From the NCBI RefSeq assembly GCF_004010195.1, contig NC_057711.1, positions 78,080,630-78,100,629 of the forward strand: a DNA stretch of 20,000 bases. Direction: 5' to 3'. The notes under the pieces are model-generated. The model worked only from the letters and a program-made list of their open reading frames with translations. It ran no database searches and was not told the origin of the DNA. Below are positions 10,897-20,000 of this stretch, piece after piece. Every line of letters starts with the position of its first letter. Position 1 is the stretch's first letter. The position numbers and the translations under genes are program-made. This DNA is from Chiloscyllium plagiosum (taxonomy: Eukaryota).

Positions 10897-12725
10897 ATGT
10901 GGCTGGAGAAGTAGTAATGAGAAGCAAAGAAATGGCAGAGAAACTTAATTGGCATTTTTCATCAGTCTTCACAGTGGAAGATACCAGTAGCATACCAGAA
11001 CTTCACATAGGTCAGGGCAGGGGTGGGTACAGTGGCATCACTAAAGAGATGCCAAGGAAGCTGAAAATTCTGATGGTGGATAAATCACCTGGATCGAATG
11101 GACTACATCAAGGGTGTTGAAGGTGATAGCTGAGGAGATTGTGGAAGCATTGGCGATCTTTCAGGAATCACTGGAGTCAGGGAGGGTCTCAGAGGCCTGG
11201 AAAATGGCTAACATTTAAGGAGAGACAGAGGCAAAAGATGGCATATTACAGGCTGTTTGCCTGAACTCTGGTCCAACCGTAGTGTCACTACCCTTAGACC
11301 AAGATACCCAGTTCAAGTTCTCCTTGCTCCAGCCAGAAATGTGTAACAGCATCTCTGAACTGATTGATTAGAAAAATAGGTTAAATGTTTTAAAAATCCT
11401 GATCTCAGTCTTTGGGAAGATTTTAGCATCCATTATCAAGGATGAGATTGCAGAGTACTTGGAAATGCATGGTAATAACAGGGCTTAGTAACCAAGGCCT
11501 CACCAAGGGAAGGTCACCTCTGACACGTCTGTTAGAATTCTTTGAGGAGATAATAAGTTACACAAACGAGAGCCAATGAATGTAATCAATTTGGATTTCC
11601 ATAAGGTCTTTGACAAGGTACCACTACAGAAGGCTGCTAAATAGGAGCACATAAGGAGCAAGGTACAGGCAAGAAGAGAGCATTGGCTGACTGGCAGAAG
11701 GCAGAGAGGATAAAAGGAGTCTTTTGCAAGATGGCAGCCAGTGATCAGTGGAGTTCCGCAGGGGGCAGTGTTAGGACCACAATAATCACCTTATACATTA
11801 ATGACCTGGATAAAGGAACTGAAGGCATTGTTGCTAAGTTTGCAGATGACACAAAGATATGTGGAGGGACAGGTAGTGTTGATGAGATAGAGGCTGTAGG
11901 AGGATTTGGACAGGTTAGGAGAGTGGGGGTGGGACACCAAAGTAGTGGCAGATGGAATACAATGTGGGAACGGTGAGGTTATGCAAGTTGGGAAGAAGAA
12001 TATAGGCATAGACTTTTCTGTATGAGGAAAGATTTCAGAAATCTGAAACACAAAAGGAACTTGGGAGTCTTAGTTCAGATTTCACTAAGTTAACATGCAG
12101 GTTCAGTTAACAGTTAGGATGGTAAATGCATTAGGAGGGCTAGAATATATGAGATCAGGAATGCCCTGCCGAGACTGTATAAAGCTCTGGTCAAATCACG
12201 TTTGGAAAATTGTGAACAATTTTAGGACCTATATTGAGGGAGGTTGTGCTGGCCTTGGAGGTTTACAAGAATGATCTTGGGCATGAGGGGCTTGTCACGT
12301 GAGGAACGCTTGAGAACTCTGGATCTGCACTCTTGATTAGAAGGATAAGAAAAGTCCTCATTGACATTTTCAGAATACTAAGAGGCCTGGGATAGAGTGG
12401 ACATTGCGAAGATGTTTCCACTAGTGAGAGACTAGGACCCAAGGGCATAGCCTCGGAGTGAAGGCTTAATTTTTTAAAATGGGAGGTAAGGAATTTCTTC
12501 AGCCTGAGGGTGGTGAATCTGTGGAACTCTCAGCTTTGAAAGCCTTATGTGGCGAAGTCATTGATTATTTTTAAGACAGATAGCGTCTTGATTAGTAAGG
12601 GGGAATCAAAGGTTACAGAGAGAAGACAGGAGAATGGGATTGAGAAACATATCAGTCACGATCAAATGGCAGAACAGACTGGCTTAATTAGGCTGAATAG
12701 CCTAATTCTACTCCTAAATTTTATG
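10897..12725 (+). mobile_element. 5'-truncated, decayed CR1 LINE (reverse transcriptase remnant to 3' tail)
   Basis: ORF fragments EMAEKLNWHFSSVFTVED, DKSPGSNGLH and LYINDLDKGTEGIVAKFADDTKI (RT catalytic motif). CR1-type tail ggctgaatagcctaattctactcct near 12691-12715. Confidence 0.88.
11271..11397 (+). mobile_element. Short, probably tRNA-derived SINE nested in the CR1
   Basis: Interrupts the CR1 YR..SLTSV.GK motif. Imperfect flanking duplication CCTGAACTCTG / CCTGATCTCAG (11260-11270, 11398-11408), a B-box-like GTTCAAGTTC at 11311-11320, and an A/T-rich tail. Confidence 0.6.
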
Positions 12726-12899
12726 TCCACAAGTTTGCATGAGGTGGGGGGGTTGGTTTGGAAACAGTGAACCAAGAATAATTAAACTGGGAGAGTACAG
12801 CAAGGCGACACTGGTTCAAAACAAAAGACAAACTTCCAACAAATTTAAGATTGTTCTATATGGCTAACAGGTCGACTTAACTTTCAAATTATTGGGGGC

Positions 12900-14770
12900 A
12901 ATGCTAGATTCATGGTGTTGTCAATATGAGGATGAGCATGCCCGCCTGAAGTATTTGGTAGGATTTCTGAGAGTAAAAAGATGCTTGCCAAGGTCAATCA
13001 GCAGCCAGAAGATTTTGTTCCAAAGCGGACAGAATAACACTAATGATTTTATTGGATGAGTTGTTGACTCGAGATTTCCTGCCCTGGTATTTCCTCCCAG
13101 TTTTGACAAACATTTGCTTTTAAAAGTGGTGGCATTATTTGTCTGGCTGTGTCAGGTGAAGCAATCAAGGTCCATTTCAAAACTCCTACAGTGCCTAGTG
13201 TGTCCTTAGAATAATTTCATTGTCCACCATAAAATCAAGTCCCAGACTTAAGCTCTCCATTGAGAGCTTGCTTTGGAGAGTGAGTGCCAAGCATTCTGGC
13301 TACATGACCAGCTGAACTCAGTTACGATTGTCTCAATTTGTTCTGCCAGTTCAGGTGAGTACCTCAGTGTATGGTATTTCATTTTGCCATTTGAGGCAGC
13401 TCAAGTGAAAGTGATTAAGTGGCTGTGATCCATTCAATAATCATGGCAATTCTCTTGTAGCTGTATGTCTGTGAATACCGTATCAGTTATCCTTTTATCT
13501 ATTCAGAAATCACACTGACTCTGGCAACAGGTCCCGGTCAAGGTGTGCATGAAGTGGTTGAGAATATCCCGAAGATTTCTCTGATGAAAAGGGGTGAGAT
13601 TCCTGCATTTTGACCCAAAATTGAGAGTTCCATTTTTCTGACAGAGAGAGAGAGAGAATGTATTTCTATATTCTGCATTCTTGTGGGATGTTTGCTTACT
13701 CCCACAAGAGATTGAAAGAGTCCACTTGACTGCTTAACCAGGAACTGACTGCCAACCTTATGCACATCAGCTAAGATAACATCAGATTCTGACACTTCGC
13801 TGCTGAACAGAAACTTGAATATAACCAGCATTTCTACTAATACGGGAAGGTCATCAAGATAGTACTTATTGACAAACTTTGGTGGTGTGTTTGCTTCTTC
13901 ATTGATGGATGAGAGCTGTTTGAGAAAGTGGTTAAAGTAGTTTGCTCATCTTTTTTCGAATTTGAACTTTATGAGCAGTATTGACCTGCAGTACTGAGGG
14001 GAAACCTGCCGACAGGGGCCCAGTGAGAGATTTCAGAGCATCACAGAATCTCTTTTAGCTTTTGTGGTTCTCATATGACTGAAATTAGTCTGCTTTCTGA
14101 TTCTGCCAAGTGTTTTGCATCACTCTAAACAGTAGTATGGATGTTTTGTTAAGCATTGTGCCTGGATAGTGATGACTACTCATTGAGCAAGCCCTGAAGA
14201 GGAAATGATTTCCTCCTAAGATTTTTGAATCAACTCATTGTTTCATTAAATCAAGCGTTTACAATTGAGAGGTAGAGCCACGAGCCTTTACTGGAATGGG
14301 TACATAATATCTCTGAAGATATGCAGGATATTTCTAACTCATCGCTTAAGGACTTGTGACATATAGATGATAGAAGAAAATGACTAAGTGCATAAACTGG
14401 ATAATAGCAAAGGAGAGTTACTTGTCAACAATCACATTCTCTCCTCCTAACCTAACTTGCACAAATCCAAGATACGTCCAGAAGGCTGGAGATAGAACCA
14501 GGTGATTGAATGACCAAGATGTGTTCTGTGTCTTGATGAGCTTTAAAAGGTTCCACAACATGGTGCTGACTCACATTCAAGATCTCTGGACTTTAAACTA
14601 GTCTCATCTGACCAGTTGACTGGAATCAGTCTTCTCATGCTAGGGTATGCCAATCTCAAAGTTGTTGAGAGTACAGAACCCCAGCACCACCCTCACCTGG
14701 TTTGATCAACCAATCAAAGCTGTTTATTGGGATGTGTGGGCTTGTCAGGATCTTTCAAGTGTCTAATCCT
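12900..14770 (-). mobile_element. Ancient, internally deleted RTE-clade LINE
   Basis: Minus-strand fragments in RTE order: TALIG (near 14720), FLFSSEVSESDVILADVHKVG (decayed LSSGKAPGSDAIPAEVYKAG), LLPESQCDF*IDKRITDTVFTDIQLQENC, LNHFHLSCL, KWQNEIPYTEVL, AGHVARMLGTHSPKQALNGEL, and a decayed C2H2-like CPLWNKIF...LGKHL. Boundaries approximate. Confidence 0.75.
13643..13656. repeat. (AG)7 microsatellite inside the RTE remnant
   Basis: Read directly: agagagagagagag. Confidence 0.85.
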
Positions 14771-16103
14771 TATTGGTCCTTCCCTTGACCCATCTCACCT
14801 GCAGCTCCCAGGAGCTATGGGAAATCAGATGGAAATAATGGAATGCTGCAATAAAAGGAACTGAAAGAAATTTCTATTTGAATAAAGTCTTATGTGTTGG
14901 ATGGCAGTATTCAACTGTAACTGTCTTTCAAATCACTTCCAACTAAACATTTAAAAAATCTTCAGTCCCTACCCGAAACAACGCATGTTGTCATTGGTCA
15001 TTGTGTCACCTTGAAACAATCTCAGAATCCCAATCTCATACCCAGCCTATCATAAGTTACCATAATTAATTCATGTCCATGGCAACTCAAGTCCTTTCTA
15101 CAGCTATGGATCACTGTCCAGTCTTTCTACCTCTAAATACATTAACCTACAGTTCATCTGAAACGTCCTGCACTACCCTGGACTAAAGTCCCATTTGTCT
15201 ACCCGACCATGCTTGCTGATCTATTTGGCACATATTTTATAGAAAGCTTGTTTGGACATGATATGTTCAATGGTCACACAGCGCAAAAAGAGGCCATTTG
15301 ATTGTTCTCCAGGGCCTTGTCCTTCCCTTTTGCAGATCACCCTGCTCAGCAAGATTAATACTGAAAAAGGTTGTCTATAATTGAATCAGGACCAGGTGGA
15401 ATACAAGAAGCTCTTAATAATCATTCAGACCAATTAAATAGAGAAATTAGTTGAGTTACTGCACCTAGAAATTAAGGCCTGAATCTGAGCCAGAATGCAA
15501 ATTTGGTGCAGATAGACTATTCTGACATTGGCAAAATCTAAATATCCTACAGAATTTAAACGCCTTCTTATTTCCTCCCCCAACACCACACCACCCCCCT
15601 CCTCCCGCCCACCCGTCATGGTATTTCTATCCACACAACATTGATTAATAGTCTAGAAGTCTTTTGGAAGAAATATAACATTGGAGCAGAGAGAAAGATT
15701 GTCAAGTTGATTTAGATGGTAGCTTGCTAGGTCTTTACAAAACTCTCCTGCTCTTCAATCCCCACAAGTAAAGATGCTAATTTATTCAGTCCTTCTGGAC
15801 TTCCCGTGAGAAAAATAATTATTGGTCACTCATCCCAGCTATATTAACACCAGAAGCTGTCAGATTTCATTTCAGATCACTTGCCCTTTAACCTCTGACT
15901 CAACCACATCCCACCCTCACCTGAGAGCAATTACAGGACAACTACAGGGATTTCTAATAAAAGAAAACAAAACTAAAATACTTGCAGGTGTATAAACTGA
16001 ATTTCTCTCTCGGTCAATGGTACAAGTATTGTGGGAATAAATGTAGACACTTATTGCAATCTTGACACTCCACTATTTTCCAACAGAAATAATTTAATTA
16101 TAT

Positions 16104-16749
16104 AAAGTCATAGAGATATACAGCACAGATACAGATCCTTCGGTCCAACTCATCCATGCTGATCAGATATCCCAACCCAATCTAGTCCCACCTCCCAGCA
16201 CCCAACCCATATTCCTCCAAACCCTTCCTATTAGATGTTGCAATTGTACTACCACTTCCTCTAGCAGCTCATTCCATATACATACCACCCTCTGCATGAA
16301 AAAGTTGCCCCCTAAGTTTCTTTTATATCTTTCCCTTCTCACCCTAAACCTATGCCCTCTAGTTCTGGACTGTCCCACCCCAGGGAAAAGACTTTGTCCA
16401 TTTACTCTATCCATGCCCCTCATGATTTTATAAACCTCTATAAGGTCACCCCTCAGCCTCCGACACCCCAGCCTATTCAGCCTCTCCCTATAACTCAAAT
16501 CCTCCAACCCTGGCAACATCCTTGTAAAATATTTGCTGAACCCTTTCAAGATTCCCAACATCCTTCCAATAGGAAGGAGGCCAGAATTGCCCACAATATT
16601 CCAACAGTGGCCTAACCAATGTCCTGTACAGCTGCAACATGACCTCCCAACTCCTGTACTCAATACTGACCGATAAACGAAAGCATACCAAATGCCTTCT
16701 TCACTATCCTATCTACTTGCGATTCCACTTTCTGCACTCCAAGGTCTCC
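16104..16749 (-). mobile_element. CR1 LINE 3' fragment, relatively young
   Basis: ORFs 16488-16691 (LYRTLVRPLLEYCGQFW) and 16163-16663 (FTRMLPGLEDLSYRERLNRLG, RRLRGDLIEVYKIMRG, RTRGHRF, FFMQRVVCIWNEL). Tail reads ctctatgact. Possible 7-bp TSD ATTATAT (16097-16103, 16750-16756). Confidence 0.92.
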
Positions 16750-16836
16750 ATTATATTTGATTTCATTGTTAAACCAACAAGGAAAAAACATTTAAGCCAT
16801 TTATTAATAGCTAGAATTATGATTTGAAATAGATCA

Positions 16837-17010
<174 letters not shown>

Positions 17011-17461
17011 CTAAACCAAAATATAAAACACTTTTACATTAAACAGATAACAGCAGATAACGAACAGAGAAAACCATCGCCTCTGGGATGCATTGTAACA
17101 AAGTTACCTTGGAAAGATGATTCTGTATAAGGCAAGAATTCTGCCCAGTTTTATATAGAGCAGATAATGCAGGTGGCATTATTTCCAAAATGTTTTTAAT
17201 TGGGGTGTTCTACTGGTGAATATTTTTCCATCTTTGATGATGTCAATAAGCAATCTAATTCTTCAGTGGCGCGTTTACTGTGCCAGTGATTACAAAGAAG
17301 AACTTAAAGTGGCACTGCCAACAGTCAAATAAGTTAATTCTGTTCTATCGGAAAAGAAAGCAGTATAAAAAAAAGGAATAAAACTAGGGCGGACCACATA
17401 GCATTAACTTAGGTATCAGAAACAGTGGAAGAGCCAGCCTAATCACTCTTTCAAAACTTCC

Positions 17462-17995
17462 ACATAGAATCAGAGCTGTACAGCACAGAAACAGACCCTT
17501 CAGTCCAACTTGTCCATGCCAACCAGATATCCTAAATTAATCTAGTCCCATTTGCCAGCATTTGGCCCATGTTCCTCCAAACCCTTCTTATTCATATACC
17601 CATCCAAATATCTTTTAAATGCTGTAATTGGACCAGCCTCCATCACTTTTTCTGGTAGCTCATTCCACAAACGTACCACCCTCTGCATGAAACATTTGCT
17701 CCTTGTGTCACTTTTAAATGTTACCCCTCACACCCTTAAACCCATGTCCTCTAGTTCTGGACTACTCCACCCCAGGAAAAAGACCGTGTCTTTTTACCCC
17801 ATCCATGCCCCTCATGATTTTATAAACCTGTATAAGGTCACCCCTCAGGCTCCACCGTTCCAGGGAAAACAGTCCCAGCCTATTCAGCCTCTCCCGACAG
17901 CTCAAACCCTCCTACCCTGACAACATCCTTGCAAATCATTTCTAAACCCTTGCAAGTTTCACAACATCCTTCTGATAGGAGGGAGACCAGAAACT
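17462..17995 (-). mobile_element. CR1 LINE 3' fragment, close relative of 16104-16749
   Basis: Shares long matches with that copy (atccatgcccctcatgattttataaacc, tataaggtcacccctcag, cccagcctattcagcctctccc) and the same 3' tail. Confidence 0.9.
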
Positions 17996-19047
17996 GGGAA
18001 CTTCAGCCAAAATTTAGAAAGCTGTTAAAAAATCTTTCAAGCGACAGCCTGACACAGTCATATCATAAAGCACCTATTTGTTCTTAAGGTGATGCTGTGC
18101 AACTTGATTTTCATTGCTGCTCTCCATCTGATGTAGGTATACCCATAACACTTTCAGGGAGGGAGTTCCAGGAGTTTTACTCACTGAAGTGAACATAATG
18201 TAAATGGAAGGCAGGCTAGTGTTGACACTGGAAGGGAGACTTGCAGTTGGTGTTTCCATGAGACTGCTATCCTTATGTCTCTACATAGTGGAGGTTGCTA
18301 GTTTGATCAATACTGTTGAAGGAAGCTTGGTGATTTGCTACATTGTATCTTGTAGATGGTACATGCCATTGCCATCTGCTTTGGTGGTGGAGAGATTGAA
18401 TGTTCCAAATATTTAATGGAATGCAGATTAATCATTTGTTTTGGTTTTGAGCACTTTCACTGTTGTTGAGGGGACACTTCTTCATGCAAGGAGTATTCTA
18501 CTGTATTTCCTTGCAGATGGTGGACAGGCTTAGGGGAATATCGAGGTGCATTGCATTTAAGAGAATTTCTCACCTCTGATGCGTTCGTGTAGCTGGAGCA
18601 TTAACGTGATTCTTCTAATCAGGTTTTTGGTGAATGCCAACCTAATCAATGGATGTTGATTTTGGAAAATTCTGTGGTGATAAAACTGTTGAATATTAAA
18701 GAGAAATGTTTAGAACCTTTCTCATTTGAGATGGTCATTTCTTTGCAATTGTGTGGCATAAAGATTATTTCCATTCAGCAGCCCAGGCCTCAATGTTGGC
18801 CATAAGGACACAGGTTGTTTCAGTAACTGAGAAAGTTGTAGATGGTATTGAGCCTTGTGCAACTGTCAAACAATTTCACTTCAGAGCTTATGATGATATC
18901 ATTGATGAACCAACTCAAGATGGTTGGGCTAAGGACACTACCCTGGGAAAACTCTGGAGCAATGCTGGGGCTATAATGGTTGAACCTTGATGTACACAAT
19001 ATGTTGTAGAGTCATTGAGTCACACAACATGGAAACTGACCCTTTAG

Positions 19048-19164
19048 GGAGAAAGTGAGGTCTGCAGATGCTGGAGATCAGAGCTGGAAATGTGTTGCTG
19101 GAAAACAGGCAGCATCCAGGGAACAGGAGAATCGACGTTTCGGGCATAAGCCCTTCTTCAGGAA
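19048..19164 (-). mobile_element. Short, young Penelope-like terminal fragment
   Basis: Identical to 19467-19594 except for an 11-bp deletion (GCGCAGCAGGT). Flanked by the perfect direct repeat GGAAACTGACCCTTTAG (19031-19047, 19161-19177), whose first 4 nt overlap the element end. Confidence 0.88.
19134..19161 (-). ncRNA. Minimal type I hammerhead ribozyme motif, copy 1
   Basis: Minus strand reads CUGAAGA-A-GGGC-UUAU-GCCC-GAAA-CG-UC: intact core, 4-bp stem II, palindromic ACGU stem III and GUC cleavage triplet. Stem I is only about 2 bp. Confidence 0.7.
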
Positions 19165-19563
19165 ACTGACCCTTTAGTCCAATTTGTTCATGCTGACCAA
19201 GTTTCCCTTGATGGCACTTGCCAGGATAATACCTTCCATTCATTTGTTGTTGATTGAGAAAGAACCAGTGGGGCTGTAATTGGCCAAATTGGATTTATCC
19301 TGCTTTTTATGAACAAAACTTACCTGGGCAATTTTCCACATTGTCCTGCATAGGTCAGTAATGTAGCTGTAATAGAATAGTTTTGCAGGAAAATGGCTAG
19401 TTATCAATCACTGAAAAATTTGTTGTCTCAGTGTCTCAAGCCTTTTCTTGATGTCACATGGAATGAGGAGAAAGTGAGGTCTGCAGATGCTGGAGATCAG
19501 AGCTGGAAATGTGTTGCTGGAAAAGCGCAGCAGGTCAGGCAGCATCCAGGGAACAGGAGAATC

Positions 19564-19591
19564 GACGTTTCGGGCATAAGCCCTTCTTCAG
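19564..19591 (-). ncRNA. Minimal type I hammerhead ribozyme motif, copy 2
   Basis: Same core as 19134-19161. Predicted cleavage between 19564 and 19563. Stem I is C-G, U-A, a U/U mismatch, then A-U. Confidence 0.72.
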
Positions 19592-19782
19592 GAATGGGGA
19601 AAGTTTGTCCAGCAGGCTAAGATAAAAGGTAGGGAGGAGGGACTTGGGGGAGGGGCGTCAGAAATGTGATAGGTGGAAAGAGGTCAAGGTGAGGGTGATA
19701 GGTCAGACTGGGGTGGGGGCAGAGAGGTCGGGAAGAAGATCTCAGGTTAGGAAGGCGATGCTGAATTTGATGGATTTGACTC

Positions 19783-20000
19783 CTCTGGGACACCCGGACC
19801 AACCAACCCAACCACCCTGTAGCTCAACATTTCAATTCCCCCTCCCACTCCACCAAGGATATGCAAGTCTTTGGACTCCTCCATCGTCAGACCACAACAA
19901 AACGACGGTTGGAGGAAGAACGCCTCATCTTCCGGCTAGGAACCCTCCAACCACAAGGGATGAACTCGGATTTCACCAATTTCCTCATTTCCCCTCCCCC
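19783..20000 (+). pseudogene. 5'-truncated Penelope GIY-YIG endonuclease C-terminal coding fragment
   Basis: Stop-free frame LWDTRTNQPNHPVAQHFNSPSHSTKDMQVFGLLHRQTTTKRRLEEERLIFRLGTLQPQGMNSDFTNFLISPP, with the typical HF...H, E..LI..L.TL.P.G.N pattern. No start codon. Confidence 0.8.

Larger units (their letters stand above)
19007..19207 (-). mobile_element. Very short CR1 3'-tail fragment (about 70 bp), split by a Penelope-like insertion
   Basis: Removing the 130-bp insert rejoins tagagtcattgagtcacacaacatggaaactgaccctttagtccaatttgttcatgctgacca, which is homologous to the CR1 tails at 16105-16165 and 17465-17525. Confidence 0.75.
18075..19465 (-). mobile_element. Decayed CR1-group non-LTR retrotransposon (RT region to 3' UTR), interrupted by nested insertions
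   Basis: Minus-strand fragments WKIAQVSFVHKKQDKSNLANYSP (about 19265-19340), SQGSVLSPTILSWFINDI (about 18900-18950) and SLSTICK (about 18510-18530). Exact clade not determinable by eye. Confidence 0.75.
19467..20000. mobile_element. Young Penelope-like element with an inverted terminal segment, running off the window end
   Basis: 19467 to about 19780 is the 3' terminal region in minus orientation. From about 19781 the GIY-YIG C-terminal coding region runs in plus orientation. Inverted terminal repeats are typical of PLE insertions. Confidence 0.85.

Noticed and set aside
13250..13269. 8-bp hairpin AAGCTCTC-catt-GAGAGCTT
   Set aside because: Short, lies within decayed RTE coding sequence, and is expected by chance.
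14830..15230. Possible L2-like remnant
   Set aside because: Only a vague resemblance; I could not recover a convincing translated motif.
19031..19594. Direct repeats read as a CRISPR array or an LTR pair
   Set aside because: Eukaryotic context, no regular repeat-spacer period, and no TG...CA ends or primer-binding site. A TSD plus two Penelope copies explains them.
17011..20000. GNA14 exon 5 (DVGGQRSERRKW)
   Set aside because: Not found by eye. The region is mostly repeats, so the exon presumably lies beyond the window.

Overview
Eukaryotic, AT-rich vertebrate genomic DNA. The repeat content (CR1 LINEs, Penelope-like elements, a short SINE) suggests a shark, possibly a carpet or bamboo shark; this is an inference. 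The window holds the 3' ends of two convergent genes. The terminal coding exon of VPS13A is on + (2737-2799). The last two coding exons of GNA14 (G-alpha-14) are on - (16857-17010 and 10369-10559). Human 9q21 has the same tail-to-tail arrangement. The 7.5 kb between the two stop codons is nearly free of recognisable repeats, while the introns are full of retroelement remnants (CR1, a second CR1-group LINE, an RTE-clade LINE, a SINE and five Penelope-like insertions). The most notable observation is a set of minimal hammerhead-ribozyme motifs in the Penelope-like termini. Two identical intact cores lie 430 nt apart on the sense strand of a GNA14 intron, a geometry that could allow dimeric self-cleavage. 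None of the supplied ORFs is a host gene; the real exons are absent from the track. All assignments come from manual translation and recalled family motifs, not database searches.
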